Shown here: one piece after another, positions 37,820 through 45,605 of the stretch
How the letters are laid out: every line of letters begins with the position of its first letter
Numbering within the stretch: position 1 is the stretch's first letter
Origin: Pseudomonadota bacterium
Lineage (GTDB): Bacteria > Bdellovibrionota > Bacteriovoracia > Bacteriovoracales > Bacteriovoracaceae
NCBI GenBank assembly: GCA_027487515.1
Contig: JAIYDL010000020.1
Coordinates: 90,371-154,370 of the forward strand
Direction of reading: 5' to 3'
Length of the DNA: 64,000 nt
Notes under the pieces: model-generated
Told to the model about the DNA's origin: nothing
The model's database searches: none
Seen by the model: only the letters and a program-made list of their open reading frames with translations
Translations under genes and position numbers: made by a program

Positions 37820-38458
37820 ATGGAAATGAACGACCTGGAAATAGACAACCTACCGAACCGGATCACGTTCTTCCGAATGCTCATGATTCCCGTCGTGGTC
37901 CTCGCCTTGTATTTCACTGAAGACACGCCCCAACAGCTTCTGCCGCACCAGCACCTCCTGGGCCACTTCGCTTGCTGGATCTTCGTCGTCGCAAGCCTCA
38001 CGGACTGGCTCGATGGCTACATCGCTCGGAAGCAAAACATTGTCACCGTTTTTGGCTCTTTCCTTGACCCGATCGCCGACAAATTCCTCGTGGTCTCGGG
38101 GCTCATCATGCTGATGGCCCTGGACCGCGTCCACCCCGTTGTCGTGATCATCCTGGTCCTTCGGGAAATGTACATGACTTCCCTGCGTCTTCTGGCCCTC
38201 ACGGAGGACGTCGACGTCCCCGTCAGCTGGATGGGGAAATGGAAAACGGCGACTCAAATGGTCGCGATGCCTATGCTCATGATTTACGACGATTTCCTGG
38301 GCCTCGACCTCCCGCTTTTTGGTACGGCCCTCATCTACGTCTCCGCACTCCTGTCTCTGTGGTCCGCGCTCAAGTACTCTCTCTCGATGATCAAAAAACT
38401 TCAGGAAAAGCGGGCGGAAAAGAAGAAACTCAAAAAACTCGTGAAGGACGGCGTTTGA
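37820..38458 (+). CDS. pgsA: CDP-diacylglycerol--glycerol-3-phosphate 3-phosphatidyltransferase
   Basis: DWLDGYIARKQNIVTVFGSFLDPIADK (CDP-alcohol phosphatidyltransferase motif). An in-frame TTG at 37802 is an alternative start. Confidence 0.85.
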   Translation: MEMNDLEIDNLPNRITFFRMLMIPVVVLALYFTEDTPQQLLPHQHLLGHFACWIFVVASLTDWLDGYIARKQNIVTVFGSFLDPIADKFLVVSGLIMLMALDRVHPVVVIILVLREMYMTSLRLLALTEDVDVPVSWMGKWKTATQMVAMPMLMIYDDFLGLDLPLFGTALIYVSALLSLWSALKYSLSMIKKLQEKRAEKKKLKKLVKDGV

Positions 38459-39366
38459 AAACTTACAACCTCTGTTGCATCTCGAGGATCGCCCTTCCTG
38501 AGTCCCTCCTCGAAGGGGTCTTGGAAGCCGTAGAAAGTTCGGGCACCGTCCTCCGGAAATCCGAGCATCAAACGAACCAAGGACTCCGTGCCCTCGACCT
38601 CCAAGTTTCCCTCTCGACCGACGAGGCCTTCTTTAAACAGCGCCTGGTTGAGCTCGCCCACCGCTGGGAAACGGACATCGCCCTCATCCCCTGCGACTTA
38701 AAGCGCGAAGACGTGCGGCTCATTGTGTTTGACATGGACTCGACTCTGATTCGGCAAGAGGTCATCAACGAACTTGCTCGCGCCCACGGGGTGGACGGGG
38801 CCGTGGTCGAGATCACCGAGCGCGCGATGAACGGAGAGCTGAACTTCGACGATGCTCTGAAGGAACGAGTCGCTCTTCTTAAAGGCCTTCCTCGCTCGAC
38901 CCTCGAGGGCATCATGACACGGCTCGAGCTCTCCCCCGGGGTATCGAAGCTCATTCGGGAAGTTCAAAAGCGAGGCGTGAAGACCGCCATCGTGAGCGGG
39001 GGCTTCCAGTTCTTTGCGGAAAACTTCCGACGACAGCTTGGCATGGACTATGTTTTCGCCAATGATCTTGAGGTCCAGGACGGGCTCTTGACCGGAAGGG
39101 TTCAGGGACGAGTCATCAATGCCCAGGCCAAGGCCGACATCATCGAAGACCTCGCGCGAAAGGAGGGCCTCTCCCTGGATCAGGTCATGGCGGTCGGAGA
39201 TGGCGCCAATGACCTTCCGATGCTCGCACGGGCCGGTCTCGGGGTTGCCTACCACGCCAAGGAGAAGGTCCGACGGGAGGCCCGGCACCAGGTGAGCTTT
39301 GGTGACATGACCACCCTCCTCTACTACCTGGGTATCCCGGGTGATCACCGTGATGAAGCTCCATAA
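38455..39366 (+). CDS. serB: phosphoserine phosphatase
   Basis: FDMDSTLI (DxDxT), GDGANDL. Proposed TTG start at 38455 overlaps the pgsA stop (TTGA); the ORF-track start at 38239 lies inside pgsA. Confidence 0.8.
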   Translation: MKTYNLCCISRIALPESLLEGVLEAVESSGTVLRKSEHQTNQGLRALDLQVSLSTDEAFFKQRLVELAHRWETDIALIPCDLKREDVRLIVFDMDSTLIRQEVINELARAHGVDGAVVEITERAMNGELNFDDALKERVALLKGLPRSTLEGIMTRLELSPGVSKLIREVQKRGVKTAIVSGGFQFFAENFRRQLGMDYVFANDLEVQDGLLTGRVQGRVINAQAKADIIEDLARKEGLSLDQVMAVGDGANDLPMLARAGLGVAYHAKEKVRREARHQVSFGDMTTLLYYLGIPGDHRDEAP

Positions 39367-39967
39367 AACCCTCGCGGGTGCGCTCGAAAAAAGCACGGAT
39401 GTCTTGGCGCTGAAACTCACCTTGAAAAGGCCCTCCTTTCCCCGGGAACTCTTCGACCTTCCGAACCTCAGAGAGCTCTATCTCGAAGGGACCTGTAGCG
39501 AGTGGCCGGATGAAACGCTTCCGTGGAAGGAGCTCAGAGTCCTGAGCCTAAAATTGCCTGGGCTTCAAGGATCAATCGCTTCGGTCTTCGGGCTTCCGCA
39601 GCTCGTAAACCTCAAGCTTCTTCAAACGCCTCTGAGGGCCCTCCTTCTTCCCTTAGGACACATCCCCGCCCCCCTAAAATCTCTCACTCTCAAGGACTGT
39701 GGACTCCGGGAGCTCCCCCAGGAAATCTCCCTTCTCACCCACCTGTCTGAACTGAACCTCTCCGGAAACAAGCTCCAAAAGCTCCCGGAAGGATTCGTTG
39801 ACCTTCCCGGGCTCAGTCGGCTGAATCTGGATCATAATCAGTTTGAGAGATTCCCTGATCTCGTTAAAAAAATGGCCACCCTTACCCACCTTTCTATCGA
39901 CCGGAACCTCTTCTCTGAAGAAGAAAAAGAAAGAATCCAGCGGGAATTCCATGTCTGGGTGGAGTAG
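39353..39967 (+). CDS. leucine-rich-repeat protein
   Basis: Repeats such as LRELPQEISLLTHLSELNLSGNKLQKLPEGFVDLPGLSRLNLDHNQF. Start uncertain (GTG 39341 or ATG 39353); overlaps the serB 3' end. Confidence 0.65.
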   Translation: MKLHKTLAGALEKSTDVLALKLTLKRPSFPRELFDLPNLRELYLEGTCSEWPDETLPWKELRVLSLKLPGLQGSIASVFGLPQLVNLKLLQTPLRALLLPLGHIPAPLKSLTLKDCGLRELPQEISLLTHLSELNLSGNKLQKLPEGFVDLPGLSRLNLDHNQFERFPDLVKKMATLTHLSIDRNLFSEEEKERIQREFHVWVE

Positions 39968-40119
39968 GTCTTGCGGCCGTCCAGTTAGCGCCAAGCCGTT
40001 CTAAGAGTCCAAGAAATTCATTTAGGAAAATTTCGCCATTCCCATGATTTAAGAATCATTCCTAAAGTTAGGTCTCGTTTCTGTCGTCAAAGTGTCATCA
40101 ACCATTCCAAGGAGAATAT

Positions 40120-40227
40120 GTGATCAAATTCATGCTGCTACTTGCTCTATTAGGTGCCTACACGGCGTGTGGGGATTCCCACAAGAAAAACATCTCGACC
40201 TTCACCCTTCAGGGCTCAGACAACTAG
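40120..40227 (+). CDS. candidate 35-aa lipoprotein or secreted peptide (not in the ORF track)
   Basis: AAGGAG lies 5 nt upstream of the GTG. My translation is VIKFMLLLALLGAYTACGDSHKKNISTFTLQGSDN. Its TAG sits inside the AGGAGG of the next gene. Confidence 0.3.
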   Translation: MIKFMLLLALLGAYTACGDSHKKNISTFTLQGSDN

Positions 40228-40238
40228 GAGGGATGATC

Positions 40239-40913
40239 ATGAAAAAAATCTTAGTCGGAACGTTCTCAGCACTTTTAACCTTCTCAAGCTTCGCGGCCGA
40301 TACCGGTTTGAGCCCGTCATCGCTGAAGCTCATGGTCTACAAATTCTCTGTCTCGACGGATCCTCTTTGCACGAACCCCGTCGCCGTCATCGATAACGGA
40401 AGCTCACCGGTTGAAGTTGATTTCGCCGGTGGTGTGGACCTGGGCTCAGGCCCCCTCGAGGCGGGAACCTATCCGTGTGTGATCGTTGAGTTCAACTCGA
40501 ACATCAAGTTCATGCCTTCGAGTAACTCGACTTCTACGAACTGCAACAGTAATGACTACGAAACGAGGGACATCTGCAGAAGCGGGGATTCGTCTCGGCT
40601 CTCTGACGGCACAACGACGACGTGCACTTCCGCGGGCGAGCGGGTTGCGATGTACATCTCCACCGCCTCAACATCAACCACGGGAAGCGATGCCTTTAAT
40701 CCACCGACCTCAAGCTCTGATTCGGCCCATGGATTTAATCTCGCCCAGTCCCTCCGGGTGACCGGATCCGCGGCAGGAAAATTCGTGGTAAACCCAGCGG
40801 GGAAAGTCTGTGATGATAACGACGCTGGCTGCGACGGCGGTCCAGGTGGTACAGGAATCGGTACCGGTTCCTGCAGGCTCGAACCACCTACGTTTACATT
40901 TACTCAGATCTAG
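40239..40913 (+). CDS. secreted Cys-containing protein, function unknown
   Basis: AGGAGG lies 7 nt upstream of the ATG. Signal peptide MKKILVGTFSALLTFSSFA. Confidence 0.65.
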   Translation: MKKILVGTFSALLTFSSFAADTGLSPSSLKLMVYKFSVSTDPLCTNPVAVIDNGSSPVEVDFAGGVDLGSGPLEAGTYPCVIVEFNSNIKFMPSSNSTSTNCNSNDYETRDICRSGDSSRLSDGTTTTCTSAGERVAMYISTASTSTTGSDAFNPPTSSSDSAHGFNLAQSLRVTGSAAGKFVVNPAGKVCDDNDAGCDGGPGGTGIGTGSCRLEPPTFTFTQI

Positions 40914-40925
40914 ATGATTTCAGGG

Positions 40926-40949
40926 CGGATCGAACTCTGTTTCGATCCG
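40926..40949. terminator. perfect 9-bp hairpin between convergent genes
   Basis: cggatcgaa / ctctgt / ttcgatccg. Confidence 0.5.
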
Positions 40950-40976
40950 TCATTATTCCTTGAAGAACTCTCTGTC

Positions 40977-41804
40977 TTATCCCTCATTTTTTTTACAATT
41001 CGCCTTGAGTTGCCCTTCAAAAACCTCCTTCGATGTACGGAGTCCCTCATTCTCTGGATCGGTCAAGAGTTGCCTCTCGAGCATCTGGATCATTCTTTCG
41101 ATGGCCTGGCACTTCTCGTGCGCTTCTTGGTTTGGATCTAATTTCGTGACTGGCCTGTGGCAAAGTTTCTTGTAACGGCCCTCGAGGTCATCCTTGGACT
41201 TCTTCAGTGTTTGGTTCTGCGGGTCCAAGAGGAGTTGGCTGCTCACTGCATCGATGGACTTGAGGAGCGCTGCGCACTGGGCCGCCTGTTCGATGTCCTC
41301 AGACGCGCCAGCTTCGATGACGAAAACCCGGTGGTCTCCCTGGAGGTAGCGAATTTTGTAAGGAGTCTTCTCCCGGATGCTGAATCGCTCGACCGGAGGG
41401 TAGTGCGGAATGACCTGATTTAAGAAGACGATCTCCTTCATGTCGCCGGACGGGAGTTTGATGTAGGCAACGGATTCAGTCATCCGCACATGGTTAACGA
41501 TAACGCCTGCGTCTCGGAATTCGGAGATGACCATTTCTCCTTGCACGCCATGGTTGTAAATGTAGCGATGGATGTTTTCGAAGTCCTGGACCGAGGAGTA
41601 GATGAAGAAGATTAAAAGGCCTGCTCCAAAGACTCCGACGAAGACCCCGAGTTTCGATTTCACTGCTAGCAAACCTAGAGTTAAAAGCAGAACGAAGATC
41701 AAAGAGGGAATGGCAGAAGAAATGGTTGTGAAATAGTGATAAAAAGTTCTTACGAAAAATTCCAAGGTGAACCTCTTCCCAGCAAGATGATATGGGTCTG
41801 ACAA
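40977..41804 (-). CDS. membrane protein, function unknown (TTG start)
   Basis: Two clear TM helices (IPSLIFVLLLTLGLLAV, VFVGVFGAGLLIFFIY). The C-terminus carries two similar segments (LLLDPQNQTLKKSKDDLEGRYKKLC / QLLTDPENEGLRTSKEVFEGQLKANC). Confidence 0.55.
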   Translation of the reverse strand: MSDPYHLAGKRFTLEFFVRTFYHYFTTISSAIPSLIFVLLLTLGLLAVKSKLGVFVGVFGAGLLIFFIYSSVQDFENIHRYIYNHGVQGEMVISEFRDAGVIVNHVRMTESVAYIKLPSGDMKEIVFLNQVIPHYPPVERFSIREKTPYKIRYLQGDHRVFVIEAGASEDIEQAAQCAALLKSIDAVSSQLLLDPQNQTLKKSKDDLEGRYKKLCHRPVTKLDPNQEAHEKCQAIERMIQMLERQLLTDPENEGLRTSKEVFEGQLKANCKKNEG

Positions 41805-41997
41805 TACTCATGCCTGTCTTCAGTTACCCTCAATTTTACGGTGGTTAAGTTTCGAATGTCCAAAATATCTAGGGGTTGATCCCTAAGGGAAGATGATCGT
41901 AGTTAGGCTCAAGTTTTATCGTTCAAAAGATCAGGAGAAATTTCTTGCGACTTAGGAGCCAGTTTTGAATCTGCCTCTGACGTTTCGTAGCTTGAGA

Positions 41998-42318
41998 TCA
42001 GCGGCAGGCCAGTCGGCAAGCCTGAAGGCTGGGGAAGCAGCGCGTGGCCACCAATCCGCCCATGTTAAGAACGCTATTGTCGTTACAGGCCCATTGGCCG
42101 CTGCCGCAAAGCCCCCACCCACCATTACAAAAACGAGCCCCCGGAATTTTATCCATCTCCACCTTAAGCGCTTCAAGCTCTCTACTCCCAGATCTAGCGG
42201 TTTCCTCGCAAAGAAGATTGTTTTCAATGCCCGGACCATAGGTGTTAACGGCAGTTGGAACCGCCACCGACGAAAAGCTAAAGACCAGGACCGAAAGACT
42301 CAGAAGTAATACTTTCAT
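41998..42318 (-). CDS. small secreted Cys-rich protein
   Basis: Signal peptide MKVLLLSLSVLVFSFSS. Seven Cys in the mature part. Weak RBS. Confidence 0.5.
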   Translation of the reverse strand: MKVLLLSLSVLVFSFSSVAVPTAVNTYGPGIENNLLCEETARSGSRELEALKVEMDKIPGARFCNGGWGLCGSGQWACNDNSVLNMGGLVATRCFPSLQACRLACR

Positions 42319-42353
42319 AAGGATGGCTCGCTTGTTTCAAAGTTCATTCGAAC

Positions 42354-42381
42354 CCATCGGCGAAACAGAGGAGAATCTTTA
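42354..42381 (-). promoter_or_regulatory. weak sigma28 (FliA)-like promoter candidate
   Basis: The minus strand reads TAAAGATT-N12-GCCGATGG (consensus TAAAGTTT-N11-GCCGATAA), ending 35 nt upstream of the ATG. Confidence 0.2.
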
Positions 42382-42533
42382 GCCGACAATGACTGTCAAA
42401 GACTAAATAAAACGTTCTTCCAACAGACCTTGTTTTTGACCTCACCGGTTTCGGTGCCTCCGATTCCCTCGACCTCGCCGTCGCTCATGGTGATGCCACA
42501 AAAATAAATTTCTGCCTCTGGGATGAACTGTGT

Positions 42534-42564
42534 GTTCTACGGCCGTCAATTTTTTTTACACTCC
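42534..42564 (+). promoter_or_regulatory. upstream sequence block shared with the pilus promoter region (candidate UAS or IHF site)
   Basis: gttctacggccgtcaattttttttacactcc compared with gttcttaccggccgtcgaatttttagacactcg at 43696. Starts 78 nt upstream of the -24 TGG. Confidence 0.35.
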
Positions 42565-42611
42565 CCGAGAGCTAAGTCTGTATTTCTCACGCCAGAACTT
42601 TGTCCGCATCT

Positions 42612-42627
42612 TGGTCCTCTGTTTGCA
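42612..42627 (+). promoter_or_regulatory. sigma54-type -24/-12 promoter candidate
   Basis: TGGTCCTCTGTTTGCA (consensus TGGCACG-N4-TTGCW), 37 nt upstream of the metalloprotease ATG. Confidence 0.45.
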
Positions 42628-42664
42628 GAGTGACCTTCACACTGTCTCAAGCCCAAGGATACCT

Positions 42665-43501
42665 ATGAAAATGCTCGTTTCGACTATCCTCCTTTCTGCC
42701 ACAACCCTCGCCAGCGCTCAGAGTACGGTGAGCCGTCTCTGCGAGGATCTTCCACTCAACGGAACTGTTCGAGTGAGTGCCCCCCCGAGTCGGAACAATC
42801 CCCTTCCCGCAAACTACGGCCTCCGGAGAACCGGGGAGCGAGAATACGAGGTCTATTTTAACCTCGAATTTACCGCAACTCCGAGCTACACCGGACCCCA
42901 CCGAACAAAAGAGCGCCTCAATCAGCACTACAAGAACTCGATGCGTGAATGTTTCCAGAACAACGAGGATGAACTCGTCGATGAGTTCCAGAGAAAACTG
43001 AAGCTTAAAGTTTACGATGGCCCATCGTCGCCGTTCGGCGAGGCACCACCCGTTGTGAAAATTGATATTGTGGGAGACGGTGCGCGCGCCAACGCCGCGG
43101 CTTATCCGCAATCGATCACGTGTTCAACGATCATCCATGAGGTCCTTCACCTGACGGGACTTAGTGACGAATACCCAGAAACCGCCTTAACCTACAGTGG
43201 TGGAGATACCCAGGGAGGCCAGCCCGCAGCGTTCGACTGTCGCCCCTTAGGACCACGGGACTCCATCATGCGCGACCAGGTGGCAGCACTCTACCACAAC
43301 GGGCAGGGACTCTACTCGGGCCACGTCAACATGATCATTTATCCAGGGTGCCGTCAGAATAACCAACGCTACATGGCGTGTGTTAAGTTTGCGTATGAAA
43401 CCAGCGCAGCGAACCGGAATTCAAGCACGCGATGGTTTGATTGTGCAACTCGGATCCCGGACCACTGCCGGTCTGAAGACTGGGTCCGAATCTCTCAGTA
43501 G
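42665..43501 (+). CDS. secreted zinc metalloprotease-like protein (HExxH)
   Basis: Signal peptide MKMLVSTILLSATTLASAQ. HEVLHLTGLSDEY. AAGGA lies 5 nt upstream of the ATG. Confidence 0.65.
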   Translation: MKMLVSTILLSATTLASAQSTVSRLCEDLPLNGTVRVSAPPSRNNPLPANYGLRRTGEREYEVYFNLEFTATPSYTGPHRTKERLNQHYKNSMRECFQNNEDELVDEFQRKLKLKVYDGPSSPFGEAPPVVKIDIVGDGARANAAAYPQSITCSTIIHEVLHLTGLSDEYPETALTYSGGDTQGGQPAAFDCRPLGPRDSIMRDQVAALYHNGQGLYSGHVNMIIYPGCRQNNQRYMACVKFAYETSAANRNSSTRWFDCATRIPDHCRSEDWVRISQ

Positions 43502-43695
43502 ATTTAGAGCTCTCATTCCCCGAATTCAACGACCATCAGAAAGAAAAAGTCCTCCCCCCTGCACTCGCGGGGGGGCTTCATTTGGCGGCCATTGCCTCTT
43601 GGGAATTCACAAACCATCGTGACCATGCTGGGACCCCAGAGTACTCCAACTAGTGACTCAAAGATTCCCCTCCCAAACCATTCATCCTGACACCC

Positions 43696-43741
43696 GTTCT
43701 TACCGGCCGTCGAATTTTTAGACACTCGCTCAAGCCCAAGG
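43696..43741 (+). promoter_or_regulatory. upstream block shared with the metalloprotease promoter and leader
   Basis: First part matches 42534-42564. The last 20 nt, acactcgctcaagcccaagg, match 42639-42658 (18 of 20). Starts 79 nt upstream of the -24 TGG. Confidence 0.35.
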
Positions 43742-43774
43742 CCTCGAATCTCCGATCCCTCGCAACCCGGTTCC

Positions 43775-43790
43775 CTGGCACTGCGTATGC
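43775..43790 (+). promoter_or_regulatory. sigma54-type -24/-12 promoter candidate for the pilus operon
   Basis: TGGCACTGCGTATGCA, 36 nt upstream of the ATG at 43827. Confidence 0.55.
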
Positions 43791-43826
43791 AGAATGGTCA
43801 CTACCAACTTACCCTGGGGGGGCTTC

Positions 43827-44288
43827 ATGAAAAAACTTATCGCACTTTCACTCGCAACACTCTCTTTCTCCGCACTCGCAGCAACACAAGCGGATCTGAT
43901 CCTCAAAGGACTGGTTGCTCCGATCCTCGATATCTCCATCGTTCACGAAACCGTCGCCGGGAACCTAGACCTCTCCCAGTCCGCGTCGAACGTCAAAGTT
44001 GCTACTCTCACAGAGAAGTCAAACTACCACTCAGGCTATAAGATCAAGGCCAAGTCCAACAACTCCGGAAAGCTCGTCAACACCGTGGATGCGAATAGCT
44101 TCGTTAACTATTCGCTTACCTATGGCGGATCGGCCGTGGCCCTGAACTCTTCTCCAACCCAGATCTACTCGACCAGCAATCTCAAGGGGACTTTCACCAA
44201 AGAACTTCGAATCAGCTACAACGCCCCTTCGAACCTCTCGGCCGGGAGCCACGAAGATACGGTTCAGTTCACAATCGAGGCGAACTAA
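43827..44288 (+). CDS. chaperone-usher pilus major subunit (spore-coat-U/Csu-like guess)
   Basis: Signal peptide MKKLIALSLATLSFSALA. The C-terminal strand ...GSHEDTVQFTIEAN parallels the C-terminus of the gene at 47964-48887. Operon context. Confidence 0.65.
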   Translation: MKKLIALSLATLSFSALAATQADLILKGLVAPILDISIVHETVAGNLDLSQSASNVKVATLTEKSNYHSGYKIKAKSNNSGKLVNTVDANSFVNYSLTYGGSAVALNSSPTQIYSTSNLKGTFTKELRISYNAPSNLSAGSHEDTVQFTIEAN

Positions 44289-44333
44289 TACCTAACTAAA
44301 GGATTCAACTAAACCTACCGATAATACCGAGGA

Positions 44334-44667
44334 ATGAAGCCCATCCTCGGTATTATTGTTTTAGCATTCTCCTTTCATACACTTGCGCAATCCCGGAGCG
44401 CCTTTCTTCAACTCCGGGCCATTGTCCCTGAGAAGACGACAGTGAAAGTCAGCACCAGTGGCAGAGGTCCAACCGTTCAGCTCGAAACGAACTCTTCCCC
44501 CAACTCTCCCCAGCTCACAAAAGTCACTCTCACTAAACTCTCCCATCCTAAGTTCAACCACTCCTATCTCGTCTCCGTCACCCACCCTTAGCCCAAAGTT
44601 AACCCCCTCTCGACCCCACTTTAACCCTCTACGCCGCCACCACCGAGTTCAGTTTTGTCAGCGCTGA
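44334..44667 (+). pseudogene. decayed pilin paralogue (85-aa ORF 44334-44591; the conserved C-terminal VQF strand lies in another frame, ending at 44667)
   Basis: KVTLTKLSHPKFNHSYLV resembles KVATLTEKSNYHSGYKI of the major pilin. ...RVQFCQR* in the frame of ORF 44458-44667 resembles ...DTVQFTIEAN*. Confidence 0.4.
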
Positions 44668-44719
44668 TCCTGCCGGCCTCTCCTCGAGAATCCCACGGTA
44701 TTTAACAGGAGATCTTGTC

Positions 44720-44844
44720 ATGAAAAAAAATTACCGCTCTCGCTCGAAGTGCCTCCCTTGAGGCTTTCGCCGGTAAGACCGGAAAGCTCAGTCAAAGGCG
44801 CGACACTCACAGAGAAGTCACACTCCCACGGGGACCTGATTTAA
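44720..44844 (+). pseudogene. remnant of another pilin paralogue, interrupted at an A8 tract
   Basis: AGGAG lies 8 nt upstream of ATG-A8. As written there is a stop after 13 codons. With one extra A the frame reads MKKKLPLSLEV...SVKGATLTEKSHSHGDLI*. There is nucleotide similarity between 44781-44833 and 43993-44046. Confidence 0.4.
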
Positions 44845-44879
44845 CCCCAGACTTTTTTATTTCAAAGCTTCGCGATATC

Positions 44880-45605
44880 ATGGAAAGAAATACCAAGGAC
44901 ACATGCATGCACCGGCCCTCGTCCCTGATCTTCCTGATCGCTCTCCCGCTGTTTGCCGCTTTCAACTTTTCTCCGATGTCCCAGTCCATCGACCTCGGCG
45001 AGCAGCGCCGTGGGGCACAGTTCCTCATCGAAAACGACGGGGCCTCGAACATCGCCGTCGAACTCTCGGTGCGGGAGCGGCGGATGGCAGAAGACGGCAC
45101 GGAGACTCTGGGAGAAACCACGGACATCACTGTCTTCCCTCCGCAGATCATCATTCCCCCGGGAGATAAGCGCACGGTGCGCGTGAGTTACACGCTCAAA
45201 GACATTCCCGAGAGAGAAAAAAACTATCGCCTCATCGCTGAACAACTGCCCCTCAAGGTTGACGCAAAGTCGAAGGCCCAAGCGGGCATAAAGATGCTCA
45301 TGAAGTACGTCGCCGCCCTCTACGCCACTCCACCGAACACTCGTGCCGACATCAAACTCATCTCCCATAAAAGAGTCGGTGAGGAACTCTTGCTTGAGCT
45401 GGAAAATCAAGGGGGACGGCACCGGCTGGTGACGAACCCCGTCCTGCGGTACGTGAAGGAAGGAAAACAAGGAGAACTCCGAAGCGCGGATCTCCCAGGT
45501 CTTGCCGGGGAGAACGTGCTGGCGGGACAGCGCCGGTTGTTCCGAATCAAGTCGCCAAAAGAGATCCCTCTAGGAGCGAAGGTCGACCTCAAGATCGATG
45601 ACTAG
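44880..45605 (+). CDS. PapD-like periplasmic pilus chaperone
   Basis: F.v.P...l pattern: FSPMSQSIDL..., ITVFPPQIIIPPGDKRTVRVSY..., EKNYRLIAEQLP. Two-domain length. Confidence 0.75.
   Translation: MERNTKDTCMHRPSSLIFLIALPLFAAFNFSPMSQSIDLGEQRRGAQFLIENDGASNIAVELSVRERRMAEDGTETLGETTDITVFPPQIIIPPGDKRTVRVSYTLKDIPEREKNYRLIAEQLPLKVDAKSKAQAGIKMLMKYVAALYATPPNTRADIKLISHKRVGEELLLELENQGGRHRLVTNPVLRYVKEGKQGELRSADLPGLAGENVLAGQRRLFRIKSPKEIPLGAKVDLKIDD

Noticed and set aside
38239-38454. ORF-track 5' extension of serB inside pgsA.
   Set aside because: It lies in a different frame across the conserved pgsA 3' end. The TTG at 38455, overlapping the pgsA stop, gives a normal-length SerB.
41494-41811. Alternative-frame 105-aa ORF starting with ATG at 41811, overlapping the start of the membrane protein gene.
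   Set aside because: Its product is Arg/Ser/His-rich with no features. The other frame encodes clear TM helices, so a TTG start at 41804 is preferred.
44723-44730. The A8 tract as a bona fide phase-variation switch that controls pilus expression.
   Set aside because: Neither the +1 nor the -1 product is a complete pilin or a sensible chaperone isoform (an N-terminal fusion would bury the chaperone signal peptide). It is kept only as a minor note within the pseudogene finding.
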